Below, piece after piece: positions 10,881 through 21,030 of a stretch of DNA of 54,890 nucleotides; within the stretch, counting starts at the first letter, position 1, and the number at the start of each line of letters is the position of its first letter. Under the pieces are notes generated by a model, which was given only the letters and a program-made list of their open reading frames with translations, was not told the DNA's origin and made no database searches. Source of the DNA: Pseudomonadota bacterium (lineage in GTDB: Bacteria > Bdellovibrionota_C > UBA2361 > OMIW01); assembly GCA_900299205.1 (NCBI GenBank), contig OMIW01000142.1, positions 1 through 54,890 on the forward strand, given 5' to 3'. Position numbers and translations under genes: made by a program.

Positions 10881-11885
10881 TTAAACAACAGCTTCGCCCT
10901 CCCCACCACTGCCGATCTGAATTTTCCCCTCGGCTTCGAGTTTCCGGAGGATGTCGATGATACCTTGTTGAGACTTTTCAACATCCTTCAGTTTGGTCGG
11001 TCCAAGAGCTGCTAGATCTTCCTGAATCATGCCGGCCGCCCGTTGAGACATATTCCTGAAGAGGAGATCTTTTAGATCAGTGCTCGCCGTTTTAAGGGAC
11101 AAAATCAGCTGATCTCGGGGAACGTCCTTCATCAATGTCTGGATTGAGCGGTCATCAAGCCGCTTGAGGTCTTCAAAAGTGAACATCAGGTTGCGGATTG
11201 CGTCAGCAGTATCCGGGAACATTTCATCGATTTCCGCGATAATCCGAGCCTCGTTATTCCGGTCTACAAAATTGAGTATATCCGCAGCCGCTTTTGGTCC
11301 TCCCACCTCTTCCTCGTCGGATACGCTCGTGCTTCGTAAGGTTGAGTTAAGTACCTCGCGGACTTCATCAACAACCTCCCCTTTCACAATATTGAGACTT
11401 GATATTCGGAGCAGGATGTCAGTTTGCTGCTCTTGGCGCATTCCCTGCAACACACGTGCTGCCTGCTCAGGGTTCATTTTAGTGAGTAAAAATGCGATAG
11501 TTTGAGGGTGCTCGGTGGCAAAAAAAGCTTTTAGCACCTTTTCGGGGACTTCAGAAAAAATCGAGCTGAGCTGCTCCTTTTTGGCACCAGTAATAAAATC
11601 GATAAGACGCTCACCACCCTCCTTTCCATAGGCCGTTGATATCATGTCTCGGGCGTACTCAGGTCCATCAATGAGCATCGTCTTTCCCGCCTTCAGCATC
11701 GTCCGAAATTGGGCAGCAATAGCCAGTTGGGTTTCGCGATCAACCTCGGACATCTGCATAAAGGTTTTACTGATCCGTTTAACCTCGGGCTCGCTGAGAT
11801 GTTGGAGCACTTCCGCGGCAAGGTCCTTGCCAAGAGCTAGCAGAGTAAGGGCCGCGCGTTGCGTATTATTGAGTTCTCGTGCCAT
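10881..11885 (-). CDS. fliG: Flagellar motor switch protein FliG
   Basis: EHPQTIA, GGPKAAADILN, MFTFEDL, NMSQRAA motifs. Confidence 0.95.
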   Translation of the reverse strand: MARELNNTQRAALTLLALGKDLAAEVLQHLSEPEVKRISKTFMQMSEVDRETQLAIAAQFRTMLKAGKTMLIDGPEYARDMISTAYGKEGGERLIDFITGAKKEQLSSIFSEVPEKVLKAFFATEHPQTIAFLLTKMNPEQAARVLQGMRQEQQTDILLRISSLNIVKGEVVDEVREVLNSTLRSTSVSDEEEVGGPKAAADILNFVDRNNEARIIAEIDEMFPDTADAIRNLMFTFEDLKRLDDRSIQTLMKDVPRDQLILSLKTASTDLKDLLFRNMSQRAAGMIQEDLAALGPTKLKDVEKSQQGIIDILRKLEAEGKIQIGSGGEGEAVV

Positions 11886-12022
11886 GGAGTGGTAACGTGT
11901 CGATGCAACTATCCTCAAGGGAGATGCTATGAACGGCCATTCCGTTTCGCCGTTCTGTAACCTCAGTGGCCCCCACTAAATAAACCCACGTTCTTCGCTC
12001 GAGAAGGTCAAGAAGGAGAGCC

Positions 12023-13069
12023 ATGGACTCTGGAGAGGCACGACTGCAACCAATCGCGGATAGCTTTTCCGCATTTGCGGGGACGCCGCCGACAAAAATC
12101 GAATCGGTCGAGGCGCATGCCTCGGGTCGCGTCATTGCGCGACTTAGTAGCGAGAACTTCGGAACGGTTATTGGTAGCCATGAACCAGACTGGGCAGAAG
12201 CGAGCGCATTTCTCTATTTAGCCCGACACTTCAAGTCACATAAGCTCCCTGTTCCTCAGATATTCTTCGTCGATCAATCCCAACAAATTGTTTTGATGGA
12301 GGACCTCGGAAGGGAAACCTTGTATGATGTTCTCTGCCATCAGAGGATCGAGGGGGCGGAGGTAACGGAATCCGTCGAAGACCTCTATCATCGTGCGCTG
12401 AACGATCTTCCCAAATTCCAGTATGAGGCGGGCCGACTCGTCGACTTCGCCAGATGTCATCCCGTACCTGAATTCTCCCCGACGGACATGCGGGCCGACT
12501 GCCAGCTCTTTTTAAATTCTTTCGTGGATGTGACCGGAATCAGGGGTAACCGCCCGGCCCTCGAAGGTGAGCTTGCTCTCCTTGTCGACCTCCTAACCAA
12601 AGATACGCAGTGGGATACCTTTATGTACCGCGACTTTCAGTCGAGGAATATCATGGTGAGGGACGGTACTCTCGGATACATTGATTTTCAGGGTGGACGC
12701 CGCGGTCCCCTCGCTTATGATGTTGCATCCCTGCTCTATCAATCGCGAGCGGGACTTTCCGCTGGAATGAGAGCAAGATTGCTTACCTCCTACTGTCAGG
12801 CGGCGGCGGCTATTCCCCAGTTCGATGAGGATCTCTTTCGGTCTGAATTCGACAAGTGGGTGATAATTCGGTTACTTCAAGCCGTGGGACGTGCCGGAGA
12901 GCTGGGCTTCAGGAAAAAAAAGGAGCTCTTCTGGTCGGGGTTGCCGAAAGGCCTCGCTCTACTCCAAACGGTCCTCCACTCTGAACGGCTATCTTTTCAG
13001 CCGATCGCTCTTCGGGACTATGTCGATGCCCTCATTGAGCTTCTCCCATCAGAGCCGCAGCGTAACTAA
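12023..13069 (+). CDS. APH-fold phosphotransferase, AmgK-like (anomeric MurNAc/GlcNAc kinase)
   Basis: MEDLG, YRDFQSRNIM, IDFQGGRRGPLAYDVASLL; two genes upstream of a MurU-like gene. Confidence 0.8.
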   Translation: MDSGEARLQPIADSFSAFAGTPPTKIESVEAHASGRVIARLSSENFGTVIGSHEPDWAEASAFLYLARHFKSHKLPVPQIFFVDQSQQIVLMEDLGRETLYDVLCHQRIEGAEVTESVEDLYHRALNDLPKFQYEAGRLVDFARCHPVPEFSPTDMRADCQLFLNSFVDVTGIRGNRPALEGELALLVDLLTKDTQWDTFMYRDFQSRNIMVRDGTLGYIDFQGGRRGPLAYDVASLLYQSRAGLSAGMRARLLTSYCQAAAAIPQFDEDLFRSEFDKWVIIRLLQAVGRAGELGFRKKKELFWSGLPKGLALLQTVLHSERLSFQPIALRDYVDALIELLPSEPQRN

Positions 13070-13169
13070 ATTTCTTTCAGAGGATAGTGCGAAAGATACC
13101 CTGATTGCGCTCTGCAAGATTTCCAGATACTTACAATAGTTTCTTCCTGAATGTGATTAGTCACCCAAA

Positions 13170-13595
13170 ATGAATAACAGCTCATCCTCGCCTTCGAATC
13201 TTACCGTCGCTGTTCTCAGCTTCTCCTTTAAAAACCCGCCAAATTGGCGGGATTATCCTAATGGCGGAGGATTTGTTTTCGACTGTCGGGTAGTGCCAAA
13301 CCCGGGCCGAGAGGATAGGTATAAATCCCTGACAGGCCTTGACTTGGATGTGCAGGACTACCTCCGGGCACTGGATGAATTTGAGCATTTCTATCAAGCA
13401 ACGACCCTCCTCGTTGAACAGGCAGTTGCTCATCACCTGCGGAGAGGTTTTACTCAGCTTGTAGTTGCATACGGCTGCACGGGGGGTCAGCATCGGTCAG
13501 TTTTCTGTGCCTTACGACTGGCAGAACAGCTGCAAACTCGGGTTGCCATCTCTCTTGAACATCGTGAATCCCCTCACTGGCCGGCCAGAACATAA
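13170..13595 (+). CDS. Stand-alone RapZ C-terminal-like domain protein
   Basis: SFSFK, FVFDCR..PNP, LTGLD, GCTGGQHRSV motifs; lacks the RapZ N-terminal P-loop. Confidence 0.85.
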   Translation: MNNSSSSPSNLTVAVLSFSFKNPPNWRDYPNGGGFVFDCRVVPNPGREDRYKSLTGLDLDVQDYLRALDEFEHFYQATTLLVEQAVAHHLRRGFTQLVVAYGCTGGQHRSVFCALRLAEQLQTRVAISLEHRESPHWPART

Positions 13596-13604
13596 GGATA
13601 TTCT

Positions 13605-14336
13605 GTGAAAGCAATGATTCTCGCAGCAGGTTATGGGAGCCGCTTGGGCCACATATCCCAGCGAACCCCAAAGTGTCTTGTCTCGGTTGGTGGCAAAACG
13701 ATGCTCGAAATTGTCATTGGCCGATTGGTTAAGGCAGGGGTGACTGAGGTGGTGATAAACCTCCACCATCTCGCAAATATCGTCGAGGAGTATATTCGCT
13801 CCCAAAATAACTTCGGTATCACCGTTCACCTCTCCCACGAGACCTCCCTCCTTGGAACTGGGGGAGGTATCAAGAATGCCCGACATCTCCTCGACGGCAC
13901 TGAATCTTTTTTCGTGCACAATGCTGATGTCTACAGCGAAATCGATCTTATGGCTTTGCGCCATCGCCACGAGTTATCGCAGGCTCTCGTTACTCTCGCG
14001 GTAATAGATCGACAAAATTCACGCCCACTCCTCTTTACTCAAAGCGGGCTTCTGTGTGGTCATGAAAATCAAAGAGCCGGCACAAGTGTCGTATTTGGTT
14101 CAGATCCCCATCCCACTCCTCGGGCTTTCACCGGTATCCAGATTATATCTCCGCGCTTTTTCCGGTTTCTCGACCATCACGAAGGTGAGTTCTCCTCAAT
14201 AACCCCCTTTCTTGAGGCCGCCGAGCAGGGTGAACAGGTCCTTTCTTTTGACGTTTCGGGTTCATTCTGGGCCGGAGTTGACACACCGGAACGACTTGAG
14301 GAACTTCGCGCCCTCCTTGAGCGGAACCATCATTAG
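13605..14336 (+). CDS. Nucleotidyltransferase, MurU-like
   Basis: KAMILAAGYGSRL...PKCLV, VINLHHL, LLGTGGGI motifs. Confidence 0.85.
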   Translation: MKAMILAAGYGSRLGHISQRTPKCLVSVGGKTMLEIVIGRLVKAGVTEVVINLHHLANIVEEYIRSQNNFGITVHLSHETSLLGTGGGIKNARHLLDGTESFFVHNADVYSEIDLMALRHRHELSQALVTLAVIDRQNSRPLLFTQSGLLCGHENQRAGTSVVFGSDPHPTPRAFTGIQIISPRFFRFLDHHEGEFSSITPFLEAAEQGEQVLSFDVSGSFWAGVDTPERLEELRALLERNHH

Positions 14337-14491
14337 TCATAAGCGGTGAGGCTTGGGGTACTCAAAGTATCCCTTCGCGGATTTATCGCCATTTGACCCG
14401 ACGCAACACTTCCTGAACAATACGTCAATAATCTGCGAGATGAGCGGTACCCCAATTACTTCGCAGCACCTTATGTTGACGCCTCCCGACC

Positions 14492-16324
14492 ATGACGCAC
14501 CACGAGTCCTCTGACGAAGCTTCCCCAGCGCATTCCTCCGTGCATTCGCGACGCGACGGCGCCCGCGCTCTCGCGCGACTGTGCCTTTCCGAGAAGAGGC
14601 TCTTGCTCGGGGGCGGAATCGCCCTCTTTGTAGGAGTCGAATCAAATTTACTTGTTCCAGAGCTCGCTCGTCGAGCGCTCTCGCCCGTGAGCTCTCTCTC
14701 TATCTTTGCCTATCCCTATCGGATTATCCTGGCGGCTATCATTCTGTTTTTTATTCAAGGTATCGCCTATTACCTCCGAACTTACCTCCTCGGCATCCTC
14801 GCGCATCGGGTCGTCAAAAATTTGCGATTCAATCTCTTTTCATCGTTAATCAAGAATCGCATCTCATTTTTTGATACGCACAAGACGAGCGATCTCGTAT
14901 CTCGGGTCACAGCAGATACTTTGATGATCCAGGAGGCTATCGGCGTTCGGGCATCTGTCATTTTGCGCTACCTGTTGCAAATTGTGCAGGGTATCGTCCT
15001 CATGATCTGGTTATCACCGACTCTTACTTGCATCCTCCTTTCGATCATCCCTGTTCTGATATCCGTCTCAGTAGTACTCGGCAAGCGATTAAGAAAACTC
15101 TCACACACTCATCAGGCTATGCTCGCTGAGGCGAGCGGAGTATGCGAACAATCATTCTCAATGATCCGTACTGTCAAGGCGTGTCGGGCGGAGCAACTTG
15201 AGATACGAGCCTTCAACAAAGCCACTACAGCCGTGTTCGAGACAATTACTAAGCGAACCGCCGTGAGCGCATTCTTTCAATCATCCGTCACATTTTTGAT
15301 GAATACGAGTCTCGTTCTCGTCGGATTGTATGGACTCCAGCTTGCCAACTCAGGCGGAATGTCGTGGGGTAATCTGGTCGCATTCGGCATGTATGGAGCC
15401 ACCGTTGCGATGTCAGCGGCCTTTGTGGCTGGCGGCTTTTCCGACTTCATGCAATCACTTGCCGCCGTCGAGCGAGTACTCGAATTTTCTTCCTCGTTTG
15501 AGCACGAGCAATCAGGAGATAAATCTCTGTCCCCCTGCCTCACCATACCCTCAACCAATTGCGGCACGATTTCGCAAGCGACCTCTGATTATCCTGTAAC
15601 TTTTGATCGGGTGTCTTTCTCTTACCCGACGCGTCCCGAAGTGCCGGTTCTAACCGATATCTCTTTCACCATTCCTGCGGGGAAATTCGTGGCTCTTGTC
15701 GGTCCATCAGGATCAGGAAAGAGCACCATTACTCAACTCATTTTAGGTTTTTATCCACCGACTCTCGGTGAAATCATGATAGAGGGGCACCCGATATCGC
15801 AGGTGAGCTTATCTTCCTTGCGGAGGCAAGTAGCAATCGTCCCGCAAGACCCCGTACTCTTCTCAGGAAGTATTAGGGACAACCTCCTCATCGGTCTTCC
15901 TGATGCGACGGACTACCAACTCGTTGAGGTTTGCCGAGCTGTTAATATGATTGCGTTCATCGACTCACTGCCTGCCGGATTTGATACGTCAGTGGGCGAG
16001 CGGGGTTTGCAACTCAGCGGAGGTCAACGACAACGACTTGCTATTGCACGGGCGCTGCTTTCAGCTCCTCACCTCCTCATTCTGGACGAAGCAACCTCCT
16101 CACTTGATGCTCACAATGAGGGACTACTTCAGGAGACACTAAGCACGATCATAGGCCGAACCTCCCTCCTTGTGATTGCGCATCGCCTTGCCACGGTACA
16201 AAAAGCCGATGAACTCCTCGTAATGTCTAGTGGCTCAATTCTAGAAAGGGGGACACATGAATCTCTCTTGTCCCAGAATGGGTTGTACGCGGATTTTGTC
16301 CGTCAGCAAATTATCCGAGGTTAG
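14492..16324 (+). CDS. ABC exporter, fused permease/ATP-binding (MsbA/ABCB-like)
   Basis: N-terminal TM helices; GPSGSGKS, LSGGQRQR, LILDEATS, IAHRL. Confidence 0.93.
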   Translation: MTHHESSDEASPAHSSVHSRRDGARALARLCLSEKRLLLGGGIALFVGVESNLLVPELARRALSPVSSLSIFAYPYRIILAAIILFFIQGIAYYLRTYLLGILAHRVVKNLRFNLFSSLIKNRISFFDTHKTSDLVSRVTADTLMIQEAIGVRASVILRYLLQIVQGIVLMIWLSPTLTCILLSIIPVLISVSVVLGKRLRKLSHTHQAMLAEASGVCEQSFSMIRTVKACRAEQLEIRAFNKATTAVFETITKRTAVSAFFQSSVTFLMNTSLVLVGLYGLQLANSGGMSWGNLVAFGMYGATVAMSAAFVAGGFSDFMQSLAAVERVLEFSSSFEHEQSGDKSLSPCLTIPSTNCGTISQATSDYPVTFDRVSFSYPTRPEVPVLTDISFTIPAGKFVALVGPSGSGKSTITQLILGFYPPTLGEIMIEGHPISQVSLSSLRRQVAIVPQDPVLFSGSIRDNLLIGLPDATDYQLVEVCRAVNMIAFIDSLPAGFDTSVGERGLQLSGGQRQRLAIARALLSAPHLLILDEATSSLDAHNEGLLQETLSTIIGRTSLLVIAHRLATVQKADELLVMSSGSILERGTHESLLSQNGLYADFVRQQIIRG

Positions 16325-16408
16325 TGCATCGAGGTAAAAGCCTGCTCTCCCTGACTGTTTTAGCCTGCCTCTCTTGAGAGGCGCTCGTGAGCTACTGAAA
16401 ACCGCCAA

Positions 16409-16454
16409 TAAAAAAGTGGGAGGGGGCCTCCCCTCAGAGTCCCCCTCCCACTTT
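16409..16454 (-). terminator. Intrinsic terminator downstream of the RRM-bS18 gene
   Basis: 14-bp inverted repeat AAAGTGGGAGGGGG (16413-16426) / CCCCCTCCCACTTT (16441-16454) with a T-run on the minus strand. Confidence 0.7.
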
Positions 16455-16483
16455 CAAGAACGAGCCGGTAAAGTTCTGCTGGC

Positions 16484-17047
16484 TTATACCGCCGAAAACG
16501 GCAACAACCCAAGGTTCTGAGCTCGCTTGATAGCCTTCGATACCTTACGTTGATTATAAGCATTGAGGCCCGTTAGTCTTCGCGAAAGAATTCGCCCTCG
16601 CTCACTCAAAAAGCGGGAGAGGGTAGCAACATCGCGGTAATCAATCACAGCCTTAGGATCTTCGAGGAAGGGGTCAACCTTTCGCCGACGCTTGAACAGC
16701 TGCATTCGCTGAATTGGTGGAAGCGGCTCGTAACGACGCCCTTCCCCCTCACCACTCGGGGCCCCCTGCGCCGACCCTGGCGCTCCCGGTGCTCCCGCTC
16801 CCTTACCTCGATCCTCTACGACCTTCATCGGCCGTCCGTTCACCACCTTCCCATTTAACGCCTGAATCGCGGCTTTTGCGGCGTCCTCGCTCTCCATCTC
16901 GACAAAAGCAAACCCCTTCGAGCGCTTTGTTTCGCGATCTGTCGCAATGACGACACTGAGAGTAGGTGCCGCTGCGGCGAACAGCTCCCGAAGTTCATCG
17001 TTGGTGATGTCAAAATCAAGGTTACTGATAAATAATTTTTTCCGCAT
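16484..17047 (-). CDS. rpsR: RRM-domain / 30S ribosomal protein bS18 fusion
   Basis: N-terminal RNP2 LFISNL and RNP1 KGFAFVEM; Gly/Ala/Pro linker; C-terminal IDYRDVATLSRFLSERGRILSRRLTG...QRKVSKAIKRAQNLGLLPF is bS18. Confidence 0.92.
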   Translation of the reverse strand: MRKKLFISNLDFDITNDELRELFAAAAPTLSVVIATDRETKRSKGFAFVEMESEDAAKAAIQALNGKVVNGRPMKVVEDRGKGAGAPGAPGSAQGAPSGEGEGRRYEPLPPIQRMQLFKRRRKVDPFLEDPKAVIDYRDVATLSRFLSERGRILSRRLTGLNAYNQRKVSKAIKRAQNLGLLPFSAV

Positions 17048-17755
17048 AGTTATTTGCTCTGAAAATCCGTCCTAGCCCTGCAGATGCTCCCGCACCCCCC
17101 GTTTTCTATGCATCGTGCAGTTTACCCTGCAGCTCCCGCAGTTCCAAACAGGTACCACCGAACCCCTCACCGCCGGCCCTAATCCGAAGCGACAGTCGTC
17201 AGCCGGGCCTGTATTATCCCGACACAGACCCAAAAGTCAACTACCCTTCCGCTACCACATCCAAACAACTTTTGCCACACAAAGACAACCTGTGAAAAAA
17301 TCGAAGAAAATTGACGAAAACGGCCCGAAACTTTATTGCTCCCCCCTCATCTTATGCTATGGTTCGGCTATCAGGCGATAGCGATGCGGTAACATTGGAT
17401 GAGTATTCAGAAAACACTCTGGTACAAAAATATTACAATTCTTACCAACGCAAATCGCTTCGGAACGCTTGACGGGTTTAGTTTAAATCACTAAAAGTAA
17501 GTCTGTAGTCGACGATTCTTGGTTGTATGTATCGGTTAGTTGATTTGGTTAGTTGTACTTCTTCGTGCGGTAAAAGCAGAGCCCAAGAGATCGAAGAGCC
17601 CCTAAGGGTAATTTTCGTCCCTCGAAATGCTTTGCTGGTGGTCTGAGAGAGTGATGCAGCAGTAACTGCAACGATGGCGGCGGATCTGAAATTGAGAGCT
17701 CTCAACGGTGAGGCTCTCACGCTGAGAGGATCTGGGCGGTTGTCGGAGGTCACCT

Positions 17756-17793
17756 TCTCATTGCGGTATTGCAGTCTCATTGCGGTATTGCAG
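17756..17793. repeat. Perfect 19-bp tandem duplication (TCTCATTGCGGTATTGCAG x2)
   Basis: Read directly from the sequence. Confidence 0.9.
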
Positions 17794-17917
17794 TGATTGG
17801 TCGAGGCACTCCTCTTGGAAGCCTTTGGATGTTGTTCTCACCCAACCCGAACCCGAGTGATTCGCACGTGATGAAACGCTGCGAAACTCTGGGCACACAA
17901 GCACAGGGAAGCAGCAT

Positions 17918-18244
17918 ATGAGCAATTCATCAGCCGTTGGAAAGTTCACCTCAGAGCGGGATGACGACGTTGAGACCCAGTCCCCCGTCAAATCAGAGCG
18001 CAATCTCCTCGCAGCCGTCTTGTCGAGAGCCATTTGCGACGCTTTTGGGACTGCCCAATGTGAGCGTCACATCGTCAGAAGCGCCCGTCAGTGGTTGTTT
18101 GGAACCCTCATGCCGAAACAGCCCTTCAGCTTCTCCTGGGTGGCGAGCCACCTTGATCTTGACCCTCTGGCGCTCCAGGATTTCCTCCGAAACTATGAAG
18201 GGGATCCGAACGGTCTACAGGAGCGTTTAGCACTGCTGAGGTAA
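17918..18244 (+). CDS. Small conserved-looking hypothetical protein
   Basis: ERNLLAAVLSRAICD...ARQWLF...PFSFSWVASHLDLDP resembles a small helical family I recall from phage and deltaproteobacterial-type genomes. Confidence 0.7.
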   Translation: MSNSSAVGKFTSERDDDVETQSPVKSERNLLAAVLSRAICDAFGTAQCERHIVRSARQWLFGTLMPKQPFSFSWVASHLDLDPLALQDFLRNYEGDPNGLQERLALLR

Positions 18245-18431
18245 TTCTGATCGAAAACCGGTTGCTCTGGCTCAGACTTTATATCCGTGAGATAGGACAT
18301 ACGGAAATGATTTGTTCTCGCGGTCACTGATCCAGAGCTCTGTTCCTGAAGTTTTGAATTCGAATAAGAGACCGGTGCTCGGTCTTGAAGTCAGGGCGGT
18401 AATCCGCTCCGATCTGAAGTACGATTTACTA

Positions 18432-18641
18432 ATGAAGATGTCTTTTCGGCGGTTTCTTAACCAACGCTACGTCCTTCCAACCTTCGCTCTCCTCCTCGTA
18501 ATCTTTGCGCGGCTGATCGTCGCATCGTTTGAATTCGGTAATATGAAGGGATTTGTTATCTCGATGATCCATGCCTTGGTCGTCGCAGTCGGCACCCTTT
18601 GGTGCCTCCATGATCATCCGGATACAATCACGAGCGGGTAA
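18432..18641 (+). CDS. Small two-TM membrane protein, hypothetical
   Basis: Two hydrophobic helices; start uncertain. Confidence 0.45.
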   Translation: MKMSFRRFLNQRYVLPTFALLLVIFARLIVASFEFGNMKGFVISMIHALVVAVGTLWCLHDHPDTITSG

Positions 18642-18849
18642 GTGGATAAGCCCCCCTTGTTAGCCACCCCATAGTCCGAGATATCCTGGGGTCCTCCTGC
18701 TCTCCTCTCCGGGTAATTGAGGCACACCGGCTCGCACTCCCCTTACTTGTAATTCCGCAGTCTTCCATCTTATTTTTGGTCATCCGGATTTGATGAAGGG
18801 CTGTTTTCGCGCTATCATCCTCGTCAAACGTATTTTTATTTTGCGCACC

Positions 18850-20058
18850 ATGTACCCCCACCCATTACAACAAGTCATCCAGTCGCGTTCGAATTTTGAT
18901 GCTGAGGGTTTGCTGGAACTGCTCCGTGAGGTAGTTTCGATTCAGAGTGGAACAACCAACACGGAAGGTATTCGGAAAGTTCAGCATATCGGGCAACGGG
19001 AATTGGAGTCTCTCGGATTTCACGTTCAGCTGATAGAGGTTGATAACTTTGGGCCTCACCTTCTCGCTGAGCGACTTCGCCCAGGAAGGCCAAACATCCT
19101 CCTTGATGGTCATGTTGATACTGTATTCCCACCTGATTCCAATCCCAACTTCCGAATCGAGGGCTCAACCTGCTTTGGTCAGGGGGTAATCGACATGAAG
19201 GGCGGCAATATCTGCATGTTGGGGGCTTTGCGTCAGCTTCATCGAAGCGGAGCACTCGACCGTCTGAGTGTCCGTGTGCTCCTTGTTTCGGATGAGGAAG
19301 TCGGCAGCCCCTCCTCCCGATTCTTGATCGAAAAATTTGCCCCTCAGGTCGATATTGTGCTCGTTTTCGAGGAGGCGGGAGCGTGCGGAGAGGTAGTAGT
19401 TGGTCGCTCTGGCATTCAAGTCGCCGAGGTTCGGACATCGGGCGTTGCGGGTCATGCAGGAAACGTCAAAGGGATCCGTCGGAATGCCATTGAAGAACTT
19501 TCATACAAGATTTGTGCGCTCAGAGAAGCTGCATACAGCCTAGCCGACGAAGGTATACTCTTCTCGGTTGGCACAATTACAGGGGGAATCGCTCACAATG
19601 TGATCGCTGATTCGGCGGCGTGTGCAATTAATATCCGGTTTCCTGACGGTATCGTTTTTGACCGTCTGAGGAGAATGTTTGAATCAATAACTTCAATACC
19701 TCATGTTCCAGGAACACGCACATCCTTATCGTGGCATCCGGCTGGCTCTCCGGCTATGCCGGTAACGGAACGGGCCCTTACTATTGCCAACCTGTGTACT
19801 GAGATAGGTCTCGAGGCTGGGATTTCGGTCGGTTCGGAGACTCGAGGAGGTTCGTCTAACGCGAACTTGTGGGCTCACCATGGCGCACTGGTTCTCGATG
19901 GTTTAGGACCGATCGGAGGCGATGATCACTCTGAGAGGGAATGGATGTCCATCCCCACACTTATTTCGCGTGTAGATCTGGTCTCTCGCCTACTCGCTAA
20001 ACTTTCAATCCGGGAGGATATGTTCGGTCGTCGCCTACCTACCTCCGAGGAGCTGTAG
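18850..20058 (+). CDS. M20-family metallopeptidase (glutamate carboxypeptidase-like)
   Basis: GHVDTVF, GVIDMKGG, DEEVGS, GHAG, DGLGPIG..DHSEREW. Confidence 0.9.
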   Translation: MYPHPLQQVIQSRSNFDAEGLLELLREVVSIQSGTTNTEGIRKVQHIGQRELESLGFHVQLIEVDNFGPHLLAERLRPGRPNILLDGHVDTVFPPDSNPNFRIEGSTCFGQGVIDMKGGNICMLGALRQLHRSGALDRLSVRVLLVSDEEVGSPSSRFLIEKFAPQVDIVLVFEEAGACGEVVVGRSGIQVAEVRTSGVAGHAGNVKGIRRNAIEELSYKICALREAAYSLADEGILFSVGTITGGIAHNVIADSAACAINIRFPDGIVFDRLRRMFESITSIPHVPGTRTSLSWHPAGSPAMPVTERALTIANLCTEIGLEAGISVGSETRGGSSNANLWAHHGALVLDGLGPIGGDDHSEREWMSIPTLISRVDLVSRLLAKLSIREDMFGRRLPTSEEL

Positions 20059-20904
20059 TGCGAGCTGGGGTTGCTGATTGGCCTGACCCAACATCGCCGT
20101 CGCAGCCTGTTGAAGAATGTTGACCCGCGACAATTCAGCCGCTTCAGAAGCAACGTCAACATCCCGGATGCGGCTTTCCGTTGCTATAAAGTTCTCCCTG
20201 GCGGCTCTCAGATTGTTGATAACGAAAGCGAGTCGAGATTCTGCCACCCCCAGAGTTCCCCGATTCCTTGACAGAGAGGATATGGCGGCATTGACGGCAT
20301 CCAGGGCTCGCTGAGCGGCAGATATCGATTCAATCGGTCCCTGAGTATCGAGGATGGAGTAGATTTGGACGGAAGACCCAGAATTCGCGAGTCCAAGAGC
20401 TTGCAGCGTTGCTGCGACCCCAGAGTAACTCACTGTTGAAAGCGACGTTCCATCGAATCCGACCTGAAAAGCGATCCCAGCTCCCCCACTCAACAACCGT
20501 AAACCATTGAACTCGGTCGTTAGTGCCACCCTCTCTATTTCGCTACTCAGAGCACTGAATTCGGCTGCAAGAGCAGAGCGTTGGTCATTGCTATAGATGC
20601 CATTCGCCGACTGTTGTGCGAGCTCGGCTAATCGTCCGAGCACATTCGATATCTCGCCAACTGTTTGATCCGCTATCGTTATTACCGATATCCCGTCACT
20701 CGCATTTCTTATACCCGTTGCGGCTACGCGAGAATCTGCCTTTAGAGTTTCTGCGATTGAAAGGCCTGCAGCATCATCAGCAGCAGAATTAATACGGAGT
20801 CCAGATGACAGTCTCGCGTAAGAAGTCGCCAATCGGTCGGATACCGAGGCTAGGTTTCTTTGGGCCCTAAGAGATGAAACGTTGGTCGCTATATTGATGG
20901 ACAT
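20035..20904 (-). CDS. fliC: Flagellin
   Basis: RLSSGLRINSAADDAAGLSI N-terminus; ESRIRDVDVASE...ILQQA...QANQQPQ C-terminus. Confidence 0.96.
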   Translation of the reverse strand: MSINIATNVSSLRAQRNLASVSDRLATSYARLSSGLRINSAADDAAGLSIAETLKADSRVAATGIRNASDGISVITIADQTVGEISNVLGRLAELAQQSANGIYSNDQRSALAAEFSALSSEIERVALTTEFNGLRLLSGGAGIAFQVGFDGTSLSTVSYSGVAATLQALGLANSGSSVQIYSILDTQGPIESISAAQRALDAVNAAISSLSRNRGTLGVAESRLAFVINNLRAARENFIATESRIRDVDVASEAAELSRVNILQQAATAMLGQANQQPQLALQLLGGR

Positions 20905-21030
20905 GGTCTCCTATCCGTGTAAGACTGCGAGAGTCGCGTTTTTTTTAAAGGCCACACATCATGTGTGTACAACGATCCCGGGGCATCCGTTCAGGGACAG
21001 GCGGTAATCCATTCCCGCCACAGCCGACAA

